Shown: positions 1-8,376, counted from the whole stretch's first letter. The stretch is 60,345 nt of DNA, filler included, from Fonticula-like sp. SCN 57-25 (GCA_001724245.1; 3 parts of 3 records of this genome joined end to end with filler, not necessarily neighbours in it); one strand, 5' to 3'. Numbers and translations are program-made. Notes: generated by a model not told the origin, from the sequence alone.

Positions 1-2
1 CT

Positions 3-191
3 ACGCTGCACGGGTTGCGAAGTTCATTTCGAGATTGGGCCGGCGACGAAACACAGCATCCGAGAGAGGTTGCCGAGCAAGCCTTGGCGCACGTTGTGCA
101 GGGTGTTGAGGCTGCCTACAGGAGAAAAGACGCCCTCGCAAAGAGACGATCGCTCATGAATGACTGGGCGGCCTTCTGCTCCCCGGAGTAG
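3..191 (+). CDS. int: Tyrosine integrase, P4-like family (3' end only, truncated by window start)
   Basis: Frame 3 translates TLHGLRSSFRDWAGDETQHPREVAEQALAHVVQGVEAAYRRKDALAKRRSLMNDWAAFC*, containing the HxxR box, the LAH His and the catalytic Tyr (AAY) of tyrosine recombinases. Not in the ORF track. Confidence 0.93.
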   Translation, partial: TLHGLRSSFRDWAGDETQHPREVAEQALAHVVQGVEAAYRRKDALAKRRSLMNDWAAFCSPE

Positions 192-286
192 CGAGTTTTT
201 TATTCATAACCCGCAGAACGCATATTTACGCATGTAGGTGTATCGCGGTTCGCTTGTTGCCTTCACTGATTTTGGAGGCAGAAACC

Positions 287-502
287 GTGAATGCATCGAA
301 CGATAACTTCCGCCCTGCGCTGATCTCCCTCAACGAGATTTGCGCCACCCTGACTGTCAGTCGCACCGCGGTAAACATCCTGCGTGCAGCTGGAGACTTC
401 CCGCAGCCGGTAGAGCTCGGCGAGCGACGTATAGCCTTCGTCCGCGACGAGTTCGACGCTTGGCTGCAGGCCCGTATCAAGGCAAGGGCGAAGGCCGCCT
501 AG
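287..502 (+). CDS. alpA: AlpA-family phage regulator/excisionase
   Basis: ISLNEICATLTVSRTAVNILRAAGDFPQPVELGERRIAFVRDEFDAWL is the AlpA wHTH pattern; GGAGG RBS before GTG 287; directly after the integrase. Confidence 0.88.
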   Translation: MNASNDNFRPALISLNEICATLTVSRTAVNILRAAGDFPQPVELGERRIAFVRDEFDAWLQARIKARAKAA

Positions 503-537
503 CCCCCCCTACCCCATCATCCCACAAGGAGTCCGCG

Positions 538-801
538 ATGCGGATCGTAAGAATTGATCCGGTGGTCGATCCGTCGACCGCCGGCGGCGTTGTCGCGCAC
601 GTCGACGCTCAGATCGGCGGAGTCCGGCTGAAACGCATGATCCTCAAGCGCAATATGTCGGGCGAGTACCGAATATACCCGCCCAAGATGCGGGGTCTGT
701 GCGTTGCAGACATCGACAAAGGACTTGCGGCGCACATCACTGACGCCGCGGTGCGAGCTCTTACCGGAGGGCGATTTGCCCATGGCGTCGACCACGACTG
801 A
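538..801 (+). CDS. Small hypothetical phage protein, possibly SpoVG/ssDNA-binding-like
   Basis: AAGGAG RBS before ATG 538; beta-rich N-terminus then a helix; overlaps the rep start. Confidence 0.55.
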   Translation: MRIVRIDPVVDPSTAGGVVAHVDAQIGGVRLKRMILKRNMSGEYRIYPPKMRGLCVADIDKGLAAHITDAAVRALTGGRFAHGVDHD

Positions 802-1915
802 GAAGCAGCCTAAGTCAGCGCCTGGCGATCCGGTACCGCAGCTGAACTTGTTGGTTATGGCGACAGTCGACGATCGGCTTAGCCGAGGCGACTTAGGAAT
901 CCTCGGTCGCCTCATCAAGCGTTTCAAGAAGTCGAAGGGAAATGCCTGGGCGACGCACGAACTGCTCGCCGAGCAAGCGCATCTCAGTGATCGGCAGGTC
1001 ATTCGGTCGCTGCAGCGCCTCACAGCGCTCGGTTACGTCCAAGTTCTCAGCAAGGGTGTTCGCGGCCGCGGTAGTGTGTACCTCCCCTCTTTCCACCTAG
1101 TTTTAGGTGACATTGGTGTCACGGAAACGACCCAGAATATGGGTGACATCGCGGTCACCCCATCAGTCACTTTCCCTGACATCGAAGGCACCGATTCAGC
1201 CAAAAGGGATGACATGGGCGTCACCCCCACTCACTTACGTCTCGCACCTACAGGTGCGCAGACGTTGAGTGAGTCTCCCTTGGAGTCCCCCACGTCTGCA
1301 CCACCCCACGCCCCTGCCGGGGCGGAGGTGGATGCCGTGGGGTTTGATAGGGTTTGGGAGGCGTATGGCGTTCGAACAAAGAGGGCGCAGGCCAAAGCCA
1401 CCTTCGCCGGCCTGAGTGACGTAGCCAATATCCTTGGCGAGATCGTCGCTGCAGCGACCCGCTGGCACGAGCACTACGAAGCGCAGGGAACGCCCGCCAG
1501 GTACCGAAAGCAGTTGCACACGTGGTTGAAGGGGGAATGCTACCTGGAGGACCCGCCGTCCTGGAAAGCACCCCTATCCGCGAAGACCGCGGCGCCGGAG
1601 CCTACCCCTCCACCCAAGGCCGAGGCCGCTCCCCAGCACTGCCGCATTGTATCAGCGACGGTGAGCGACGGCGATGAGGGAAGCGTGCTGAGCCTCACCC
1701 TGCAACCGGTAACCGGCGGCGCACGGATTGTGCGGAACCTGCGGCACCAAACATGGGAAGCGGCAGAAGTTGACGCGCTGCTGTCGGCCACGGGCTTGAA
1801 GGCAGGCGACGACAGCGACGAGCTCGAAGGGCGCGAGGTGCTGGTTGATGGCCGGTGGTATCTGCCAGTGCCGGCCAACGACAACGGCGAGGCGGCAACA
1901 GCCGCCTCTGCCTAG
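782..1915 (+). CDS. Replication initiator-like protein with N-terminal winged HTH
   Basis: AWATHELLAEQAHLSDRQVIRSLQRLTALGYV HTH; central FDRVWEAYG...KAQAKATF...YRKQLHTWL motif typical of phage replisome organisers; internal iterons. Confidence 0.75.
   Translation: MASTTTEKQPKSAPGDPVPQLNLLVMATVDDRLSRGDLGILGRLIKRFKKSKGNAWATHELLAEQAHLSDRQVIRSLQRLTALGYVQVLSKGVRGRGSVYLPSFHLVLGDIGVTETTQNMGDIAVTPSVTFPDIEGTDSAKRDDMGVTPTHLRLAPTGAQTLSESPLESPTSAPPHAPAGAEVDAVGFDRVWEAYGVRTKRAQAKATFAGLSDVANILGEIVAAATRWHEHYEAQGTPARYRKQLHTWLKGECYLEDPPSWKAPLSAKTAAPEPTPPPKAEAAPQHCRIVSATVSDGDEGSVLSLTLQPVTGGARIVRNLRHQTWEAAEVDALLSATGLKAGDDSDELEGREVLVDGRWYLPVPANDNGEAATAASA
1107..1224. repeat. Four palindromic iterons TGACAT-N4-G(T/G)CAC inside rep (putative replication origin)
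   Basis: Copies start at 1108, 1144, 1177 and 1210 (spacing 36, 33, 33 bp). Confidence 0.7.
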
Positions 1916-1919
1916 CCTC

Positions 1920-2345
1920 TTACCGGCCCAGCGTGAGTGTGTTGCCTCGGCCGTATCGCCGGCCGAGATCCATCAGAGTGTTGCCCTGCGGCGCAGCCGG
2001 CCTTGCCATCAAAGCCCGGATAACCGCGGCTTGGCTGCCGAGCTCGTGATATCCTTGGCACTTCGCGAGGAACTGCAGCATAGCTCGCTGCTCGCCGCCG
2101 GATACGCAGTACGTCTTAGCGGCGTGGTCGATTACCACTAGCAGATCATCGTCGAGCAACCCCGCACCTATGCGGAGCTGGTCATGGTTCGACCTGGCGT
2201 CGCCGGGCGCGATGAACACGGCCCCACTGGTCGGCTCATCCCAGATTGACGATGTGATGCGGGAAAGCGTCGACGTAAGGCCGGCCCAGCGATCGGAGTA
2301 GGACGGCAGGTTGTGACCTGTAAGTCTGAACATCAGAGTTTTCAT
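1920..2345 (-). CDS. Hypothetical protein
   Basis: 141-aa ORF filling the gap between rep and the next plus-strand gene, with a LexA box upstream; no family recognised. Confidence 0.55.
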   Translation of the reverse strand: MKTLMFRLTGHNLPSYSDRWAGLTSTLSRITSSIWDEPTSGAVFIAPGDARSNHDQLRIGAGLLDDDLLVVIDHAAKTYCVSGGEQRAMLQFLAKCQGYHELGSQAAVIRALMARPAAPQGNTLMDLGRRYGRGNTLTLGR

Positions 2346-2476
2346 TCGGGTGGTCCTTTCTGGACACGGGACAGCATGAAGGCACGTTTGCGTGCCCGGC
2401 CCTCCCTGGATGAGCGCAAATACCGCGCCTCCGACCGAACGATTCGTACTCTAGCGCATCTTGGCGCCGCTGTCGT

Positions 2477-2491
2477 GTTCCTTGTTCGTTC
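2477..2491. promoter_or_regulatory. Alphaproteobacterial LexA (SOS) box
   Basis: GTTC-CTTGTTC-GTTC matches GTTC-N7-GTTC exactly, in the divergent intergenic region between ORFs 1920-2345 and 2601-3638. Confidence 0.7.
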
Positions 2492-2600
2492 TCCACAAAG
2501 AAGGAGATACGAACAAAATAGCGACGGCAACTGACTTGCCCCATGTAGGTGTATCGGGGTTCGCTTTTCCCCAAGCTGCACCCCAGCCTGGGAAATCACC

Positions 2601-3638
2601 ATGACCGCCAACTTTGCCGCCATCCGAGCCAACGACTTCGGCAACCTCGCCGAACGGCGGGAATGGCTTGCCAGTCTGCCAATTCCCAAGAACGATTCCG
2701 ACATCGATCCAGTGCTCGGTTGCCCGACGTTGGCGAGGCTGACGAACGCTGGCGATACGGCACGCGCGGCGGCATTAGCCACGTGGGTTGCGCGGATGCG
2801 TCCACAACCAATGCCAATGTCGCTGAGCGCGGCAAACGACAACCAGCCGACCTATGATGGCTGGGAGCGGGCGGTGTGGGCCGAGCCAGGTGAACGCAAG
2901 GAAGAGTTTAGTCAGGAGCGCGAGTTCGATATCCGCCCCACCGTCAACGAGCTCGTAGCTGCGACCGGCCGTGTGTCGGTTGTCAAAACGAGACGGGCGA
3001 ACGGGACCTGGAGCGAGCCAGAGCGGCGGGAGACGCAACTGGTTGTCGGAAAACACCGCGGCAGGAGTCGCCGCGCCGTGATGCCGAGCGAAATTGTCGG
3101 ATGGCACGATCGCAACGGCGTAGAACGTCGAGCCCGCGTGGCTCTGGGCTTGCCCAAAGGCGGCGGTAAGAAGCGCAGGGCGACCCAAGACGTCAGTCGG
3201 TACCTGAATCGTCCCGGCACCCCGTTCCCCCCACAGTGGCTTGCGCGTGGCGGGGGGCGCTACTGGGAAAAGACAGCCCAATCCAAATTGGCCCAGATCG
3301 CGCTCAATGAGGCCATCGCCAACACCGAAACCCTGCCGCCGATTACCAGATGCCCGACCGTCATCGCCAAGGGCGCTCACTGGTTAGGTGGTGTGGTCGG
3401 CCGCAGCGGCAAAGCAGGTGGCCGTGATGCGTCCTCGGCGGAGGCACTGATGGCTCGAGCTCACGACGCAGTGCGACTTCGCCGCGATCTTGGCGCCCAA
3501 CGAGCCAAAATCCTTGATCTAGCCACGACCAGAATGTCGGCCAGGCAAATCGGCGTCGAGTTCGGCTACAGCGACAAATATGCCGAACGGTGGGCGGTCG
3601 CAGCGATCAACGAAGCGCTGGATCGGGTCGCCGCGTGA
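2601..3638 (+). CDS. Phage protein with C-terminal HTH, possible late-gene regulator
   Basis: C-terminal AKILDLATTRMSARQIGVEFGYSDKYAERW resembles a sigma region-4/LuxR HTH; precedes the packaging genes. Confidence 0.6.
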   Translation: MTANFAAIRANDFGNLAERREWLASLPIPKNDSDIDPVLGCPTLARLTNAGDTARAAALATWVARMRPQPMPMSLSAANDNQPTYDGWERAVWAEPGERKEEFSQEREFDIRPTVNELVAATGRVSVVKTRRANGTWSEPERRETQLVVGKHRGRSRRAVMPSEIVGWHDRNGVERRARVALGLPKGGGKKRRATQDVSRYLNRPGTPFPPQWLARGGGRYWEKTAQSKLAQIALNEAIANTETLPPITRCPTVIAKGAHWLGGVVGRSGKAGGRDASSAEALMARAHDAVRLRRDLGAQRAKILDLATTRMSARQIGVEFGYSDKYAERWAVAAINEALDRVAA

Positions 3639-3755
3639 TCTTTGTACCCCTCAGGGGGTGGTGGCAGCGTAGTCAATTGAGAGGGGTGCTCCGCAGCGGC
3701 ACCATTCTCCCGCTCGTTTGGCAAAGGCGAGCGTAGCCGCACTCGACGCCTGCTC

Positions 3756-4295
3756 GTGCGTTGGGTGCGGCTTTTCTCATCCCTTAGTTCGCGATTTTCG
3801 CAAACCGCCGGAAGGCGGCAGCGGCGTGTAGCGCACGGCCATAGTGGTGGCGGCCGCCATGCGTTCCGCCGCGACCCATTCGAGGAAGCAGGCGACCGGT
3901 GTTCGCGTGGGTCGCGTTACGCATGCGGCCAGACAAACTTTCAGCAGGCTGGCGTGCTGCCGGTGGCTATCGGCGCAACGCGTTACCGACTCCGACCTTC
4001 GCAACTGGCAAGGTTGGTTGTGGCATCGGTGCTCGATGTGCCGCTTCGAACGGTCGCCGATGCAGCGCTCGAGGTGTGCCAGTTGCCGGATGCAGCGGGC
4101 AGAACATTCGGCGACGCACTAGCCGCGGCACTGGACCACCGGCAACACGCCCCACTGACCGTCGATCTGGACCGCCGCTTCGCGACTTTCGGCGACGCGG
4201 TGTTCGGCAAGGTTCCGGCTTCAACCTCGATCTGTCGCCGCTGCCAGATCCCCACCGAGGTCACGCGAGAAGTTATCCGGCGGCTAGACCGCTGA
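3756..4295 (+). CDS. Hypothetical protein (start uncertain, probably further downstream)
   Basis: Longest plus-strand ORF in the gap, ending 19 bp before the next gene; the C-terminal two-thirds looks protein-like. Confidence 0.4.
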   Translation: MRWVRLFSSLSSRFSQTAGRRQRRVAHGHSGGGRHAFRRDPFEEAGDRCSRGSRYACGQTNFQQAGVLPVAIGATRYRLRPSQLARLVVASVLDVPLRTVADAALEVCQLPDAAGRTFGDALAAALDHRQHAPLTVDLDRRFATFGDAVFGKVPASTSICRRCQIPTEVTREVIRRLDR

Positions 4296-4314
4296 AAATC
4301 CAAAGGACTGAAAA

Positions 4315-4917
4315 TTGAAATTCCCGCACCCCCGTGAGTTCGCCCCCGAGCTCGATGAACTATGCGCCAAGGAAGCCGAACTCTCTGAGCAAGCTGCGCC
4401 ACGGCGCGCCGATCGCCTGACGCTTATTTCCAAGCTGCGCGATCGCGACCCGGCCGAAGAAGTTCCGCCGCCCAACCCGCAGACCGTGCGTGTCGCCGGA
4501 CTCTTAGGGCGCGATGCGCCGGCGGGGACGGCGTCGACACGGGAACGCCTCAACCAGGTGGAACGCGAGCTGGCCGACATCGACGCGGCCCTGTCGTTGC
4601 TTGGTAGGGATATTGCCGCGGCGCACAGAACCGCCTCGGTGAAGGCGCGCGCGCAAGCGGATGGCGAATATCGCAAACGGGTTGCGGCCGTAGCCACGGC
4701 GCTGACCGCGGCGCACGACGCCAACCACGCGTTGCGGGCGTTCGTTGAGGGATTCGAGGACGCTGGATTCAGCTCCTCCGGCTGGTCGCAGTTGTTCCCC
4801 GGCCTACTGGGCGGGCACACCGATCCAAATTCGCCGCTCGCCTACTACCTTCGCGAGTGCGTTGAGGCCGGCGTGATCGCCGCGGGCGATATTCCCCCGG
4901 AGCTGCGTCATGCGTAG
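4315..4917 (+). CDS. Hypothetical coiled-coil protein
   Basis: AAGGA RBS, TTG start, helical heptad character, overlaps the protease start. Confidence 0.6.
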   Translation: MKFPHPREFAPELDELCAKEAELSEQAAPRRADRLTLISKLRDRDPAEEVPPPNPQTVRVAGLLGRDAPAGTASTRERLNQVERELADIDAALSLLGRDIAAAHRTASVKARAQADGEYRKRVAAVATALTAAHDANHALRAFVEGFEDAGFSSSGWSQLFPGLLGGHTDPNSPLAYYLRECVEAGVIAAGDIPPELRHA

Positions 4918-5638
4918 GTCCGAACCGATTGCCACGTTGAGCGGCCAGGCCATTGTCGCGCCGCGCGCCGTGGCAGCATGGCGAGCTCGGTGCGAGCGCA
5001 TTGCGGGGCGAGACGATCGAGCAAAGCGAACCGCGCCAACCGCTACGACTCCTGCATCATCGCAGATGACCGAACCAGGTCTGCAGGGCTATGCGTGTGT
5101 GTACGGGCGCCCGTTCATCAAGGCCGGCAAGATCATGATGTTCGAAGCGGGCTGCTTTGCCGGCTCAGTGTACATCGGCCCCTCCAAGTCTGTGCTGTTC
5201 GATCATGATGATCGGGATGTCATAGGCACGACAGCGGACGGGCTGGAGTTCGCCGGTGCCAACGACGGGTTGGTCTATCGACTCCCACTGAAGGGCAACC
5301 GACGCGCTGCCGAGGTTGAGCGCGGCATCCGGTCCGGCGAGAAGGGCTGCGCCTCTGTGGGCTGTGAAATACACGAGGCGCAGCAGATGGAGTCGGCCGG
5401 CGTGCCGTACACGCTGATCACCAAGGCGACTCTCTACGAGGTATCGCTTGTACCGCAAGGCGCTGTATCCGGAACTTCTGCGAGTATCGTCGACCTGGCA
5501 GACGAGCCGCGAGACCTGCGCTCCGCTGCGCGCAGTGCCAGCTTCAAGCTGGATCAGATCGCCTCCAACACGGCCACCAGCGGCCGCCGGTTGATGGACC
5601 GACTCGAGCGGCTCGACAGGTTGCTGCGGCAGGCGTGA
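4910..5638 (+). CDS. HK97-family prohead protease (peptidase S78-like)
   Basis: LQGYACVYG, FEAGCF, LFDHD (His), GCASVG (Ser) and LYEVSLVPQGA motifs. Confidence 0.85.
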   Translation: MRRSEPIATLSGQAIVAPRAVAAWRARCERIAGRDDRAKRTAPTATTPASSQMTEPGLQGYACVYGRPFIKAGKIMMFEAGCFAGSVYIGPSKSVLFDHDDRDVIGTTADGLEFAGANDGLVYRLPLKGNRRAAEVERGIRSGEKGCASVGCEIHEAQQMESAGVPYTLITKATLYEVSLVPQGAVSGTSASIVDLADEPRDLRSAARSASFKLDQIASNTATSGRRLMDRLERLDRLLRQA

Positions 5639-5639
5639 C

Positions 5640-5720
5640 TTGCATAGGGGGGTATGCAAATCCCTAGAACCCTGTCCACCCCCGACCGCGCCCGGCCATT
5701 CGTGCGCATTTTTCCAATTC
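5640..5720 (+). other. Putative cos/packaging site upstream of terS
   Basis: TTGCATA-GGGGGG-TATGCAA palindrome, then AAATCCCT...GACCGCGCCC...CGTGCGCATTTTTCC, the layout seen just upstream of small-terminase genes of HK97-like cos phages (recognised by eye). Confidence 0.5.
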
Positions 5721-5738
5721 AAAACCCAGGGGTGGATC

Positions 5739-6083
5739 TTGCCACGTCCTAAGACGCCATATGCGAAGGCATTCGCCCTGGGAGCGGTCGAAAAGCACCG
5801 AGAGCGCTACAAACCGCTGCCACCTACGAACCTTCCGAACCTCGGGCCCTTGGGCGATCCGCCGGAATGGCTGAAGCCAGGGCAACTCGAGTTCTGGAAC
5901 GAGATCGCGGCGGATATCCCGTGGCTGACATTCTCGCATCGCGGCATCGCCGCCATCGCCTCGATTGCCGCTGACAAGTGGCGCGCCAGCGAGGGGACAA
6001 ACATTAAGGCGGGGAACCTACTCCGCCTTTGTCTTCAATCGATGGGCGCAACGCCAGCCACCGAGCACTTTGCCGGCAGGTAA
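5739..6083 (+). CDS. terS: Terminase small subunit-like protein (P27 family)
   Basis: MPRPKTP...LGDPPEWL...FWNEI...IPWLT...LQSMGATPA pattern; TTG start after GGGGTGG. Confidence 0.7.
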   Translation: MPRPKTPYAKAFALGAVEKHRERYKPLPPTNLPNLGPLGDPPEWLKPGQLEFWNEIAADIPWLTFSHRGIAAIASIAADKWRASEGTNIKAGNLLRLCLQSMGATPATEHFAGR

Positions 6084-6107
6084 GCCCCGACAACAAGGAG
6101 GCCACCC

Positions 6108-6470
6108 TTGGCCGATTTTCCAGTCCCGATCCCAACTGGAGCGGGCAATCTTCGCTATCGACTCGCGTTCGACCAGCGCATCCAGCAGGACGATGGGTTT
6201 GGGAACATCGTCGGCGACTGGCAGGAACAGTTCATTACTGCGGCTGGCATGATCCCAATGACCGGCGGCGAAGCGGCGCGCGCATCCCGTCTCGAAGGGA
6301 TTCAGCCGTACACCGTCAGTATCCGCAACAACCCGCAGACCGCGAGGATCACGCCCGATTGGCGATGCCGTGACCTACGCACCGGACAGGAGTTCGCGAT
6401 CCGCACCGTGGTGACGCGCCCGACCCGATCATATCGGGACCTGGTTGTCGTGCAGGGTGAGGCTGCTTAG
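6108..6470 (+). CDS. Phage head-closure/head-tail adaptor (SPP1 gp16-like)
   Basis: AGNLRYRLAF...DDGFGN..GDW...GGEAARASRLEG...ITPDWR motifs; AAGGAGG RBS. Confidence 0.85.
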   Translation: MADFPVPIPTGAGNLRYRLAFDQRIQQDDGFGNIVGDWQEQFITAAGMIPMTGGEAARASRLEGIQPYTVSIRNNPQTARITPDWRCRDLRTGQEFAIRTVVTRPTRSYRDLVVVQGEAA

Positions 6471-6493
6471 GCCAATTGAGGGCGAGCGGAAAG

Positions 6494-6815
6494 AAAGTGC
6501 AGGCTTCTGTTGCCAGGTGCCTGCGAACCCCGCCTGTCGGACTGCTAGGCCCGGAGGACTTCTAGTTCAGGTGCCAGCGCCGCATTAAGCAGCGAGAGCA
6601 ACCTTAGCATAGTTGTTGTTGGCAACTATCAGGATGGCCCGATATCGGTGGTACCATGCCGGGCAAAAGTCTAACCTTTAAGCCCCTGTCGATCCTGTTT
6701 CATCCCCATGCAACCCCGCCAACAACGGGGCCAAGTGTGGTGGAGACGCCGGGCACTGCCCCCGGGTCCAATGGGTTTATTACGCAAGCCGTTTATCGCC
6801 ATAGCCGTTACCGGC
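6494..6815 (-). ncRNA. ssrA: Two-piece (circularly permuted) alphaproteobacterial tmRNA gene
   Basis: Minus strand: acceptor piece ends GACCCGGGGGCAGTGCCCGGCGTCTCCACCA (CCA at 6738); 30-nt intervening segment; coding piece starts GGGGATGAAACAGGATCGAC (6707); acceptor stem has G3-U70; ATAGTT precedes the resume codon; tag frame 6623-6585 reads ANNNYAKVALAA*. Outer ends approximate. Confidence 0.95.
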
Positions 6816-6821
6816 GCATGT

Positions 6822-6851
6822 AGTATAGGTCTGCGCCGTGGCTAATGTAAA
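6822..6851 (-). promoter_or_regulatory. Sigma70-type promoter of the tmRNA gene
   Basis: Minus strand TTTACA/TTACAT, 17-18 nt spacer, TATACT, about 7 nt before the acceptor piece. Confidence 0.65.
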
Positions 6852-6964
6852 TGCGATGCGCTATTAGGCAGGGGAAACGGTCTATGAACACTCGATGGAG
6901 GCTTGGCCTTGCGCGCGGGTTAAGGTTTGCGTTACAGGCGTGGCTGAAATGTCGCATGAGCCTA

Positions 6965-6992
6965 TTGCAATGTGTTTAGCTATAACTTAACT
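6965..6992 (+). promoter_or_regulatory. Putative TA promoter with imperfect palindromic operator
   Basis: TTGCAA at 6965; GTTTAGCTATAACTTAAC (6974-6991) is a 14/18 palindrome directly upstream of the toxin start. Confidence 0.45.
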
Positions 6993-7002
6993 CCTAGGAC
7001 GC

Positions 7003-7407
7003 ATGATGAGCCGATCTGGCGCGCCACAAAAGGTTGCGACTGACCGTGAACGCGTAGCCACCGATGGCTACGCGGACGTTTGGCTAATTGGCGAAGCACT
7101 AACCGCGTGGAAAGCCCTGTGCAGCAGGAAAGACGAGAACAGCCGCCGGGCCGCGCAGCGCATCGGACGGTATTTCCCGCGCTTCGCCCAGCACGGGGAA
7201 TCGGCGTTTACCGACGAGATGTTCAAGCGCGGGAACGAGCACATGATTTACGAGTTCAAGGCTCATCAGTTCCGCCTCTACGGTGTCATTCGCACCTATG
7301 AGGGGAAGCGGAGTTTTGTCGGGACGGCCTGCGATCCGGCCAAGAAGAACAATAAAGCCGATCCCGCAATACTAAGAAGAGCCGCGGATGCGGCCGACAA
7401 AATTTGA
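7003..7407 (+). CDS. higB: RelE/HigB-like toxin of a toxin-antitoxin-chaperone system
   Basis: IYEFKAHQFRLYG...F...KK motif of RelE/Gp49-type RNases; toxin-first order; TGATG coupling to the HTH gene. Confidence 0.72.
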   Translation: MMSRSGAPQKVATDRERVATDGYADVWLIGEALTAWKALCSRKDENSRRAAQRIGRYFPRFAQHGESAFTDEMFKRGNEHMIYEFKAHQFRLYGVIRTYEGKRSFVGTACDPAKKNNKADPAILRRAADAADKI

Positions 7408-7835
7408 TGGAGAGTGGAATGGCTGCGAAGAAAAACCATGACTGGGTCGCAATCGAGGAGAATGCGCTTCTGGATTTTCAGTTCGCCGTGATTGACGCGA
7501 TGGCGGCCGCCGGCGTTACGAAGGCTGAACTCGCGGACAGGTTGGGAGTGTCGCGTGCTCGTGTGTCTCAGATGCTCGATTCTGAGGCAAACCCGACTAT
7601 CCGAGTAATCGCCAGGGCGATGGCCGTGCTGGGTCGCGAAGTCAAGTTTGACGTGTGTGACGCAAGCACCGAAGCGGTGGATGTGGCTGACGAACAGGTT
7701 GAGGACAACCTTGAAGTCGAAGAGACCTTCACCTTTTTGCGCGCTGCAGACTCTGGTTGGGAAGTTCAGCAGCGACGGAGTGCCCCTGCGAATGAGAACC
7801 GATACGCCCGATATGCCGGAAAGGTTGCCGCCTGA
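7407..7835 (+). CDS. higA: HigA-like Xre-HTH antitoxin with C-terminal chaperone-addiction-like extension
   Basis: GVTKAELADRLGVSRARVSQMLDSEANPTIRVIARAMAVLG HTH; about 60-aa acidic/aromatic tail ending PANENRYARYAGKVAA. Confidence 0.8.
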   Translation: MESGMAAKKNHDWVAIEENALLDFQFAVIDAMAAAGVTKAELADRLGVSRARVSQMLDSEANPTIRVIARAMAVLGREVKFDVCDASTEAVDVADEQVEDNLEVEETFTFLRAADSGWEVQQRRSAPANENRYARYAGKVAA

Positions 7836-8344
7836 TGTCTAAGGAGATGGTTTCGGTGGATGAGGCGACGGCTACCCCGGCCGCTGATGCCTCGTCTGCC
7901 GAGGCTCTCGAGGCATACAACGCTGTGGTTAGAGATGCTGACTTGCAAGCTGTTCAGCTTCTTGATCTTTCCTTCAATGTCGACCCGGCATTTTTTGGTG
8001 ATCGATCCAAGCGAAAATTCGATCTGAATATCGAGCAAGGCGCGAACGAGTTTGATTCCTCGAAGGGCGCAGCCTTTTCGTTCATCAACATCGTTGTGAG
8101 CGTGAAAAGAGCCAGGAAAAATACCCTGCTGTGCAGAGCGAAGTACGTCGTAGTCTATGAGAACCTGAATGGCTGTGAAGAGGATGCGGTGAAGGCGTTT
8201 CTTGACAGAGTAGCCCCATTCGCTTGCTACCCATATTTTCGATCCGTCTTTGCGACCTTGGATTGGGCGGCGGGGACGATGTTGCCACCACTTCCAATTC
8301 ACAAGGAGAAGTCGCGCGTTGAGAAGGCCGGCTCGCCCTTCTGA
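7835..8344 (+). CDS. SecB-like chaperone (TAC third component)
   Basis: LQAVQLLDLSF beta strand and APFACYPYFRSVFATL...LPPLP C-terminal signature of the SecB fold; TGATG coupling. Confidence 0.8.
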   Translation: MSKEMVSVDEATATPAADASSAEALEAYNAVVRDADLQAVQLLDLSFNVDPAFFGDRSKRKFDLNIEQGANEFDSSKGAAFSFINIVVSVKRARKNTLLCRAKYVVVYENLNGCEEDAVKAFLDRVAPFACYPYFRSVFATLDWAAGTMLPPLPIHKEKSRVEKAGSPF

Positions 8345-8353
8345 AGCCTTGAT

Positions 8354-8376
8354 AGCCGCCTCCGGGCGGCTTTTTC
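8354..8376 (+). terminator. Intrinsic terminator of the TAC operon
   Basis: AGCCGCC-TCCG-GGCGGCT followed by TTTT. Confidence 0.8.

Noticed and set aside
3640-3900. Structured ncRNA after ORF 2601-3638
   Set aside because: Only short GC-rich hairpins are visible; no recognisable family, and covariation cannot be tested here.
6708-6770. tmRNA acceptor end as the element's integration site
   Set aside because: The gene is intact on both sides of the CCA, no duplicate of the 3' segment is visible in the window, and co-oriented virion genes continue across the cassette.
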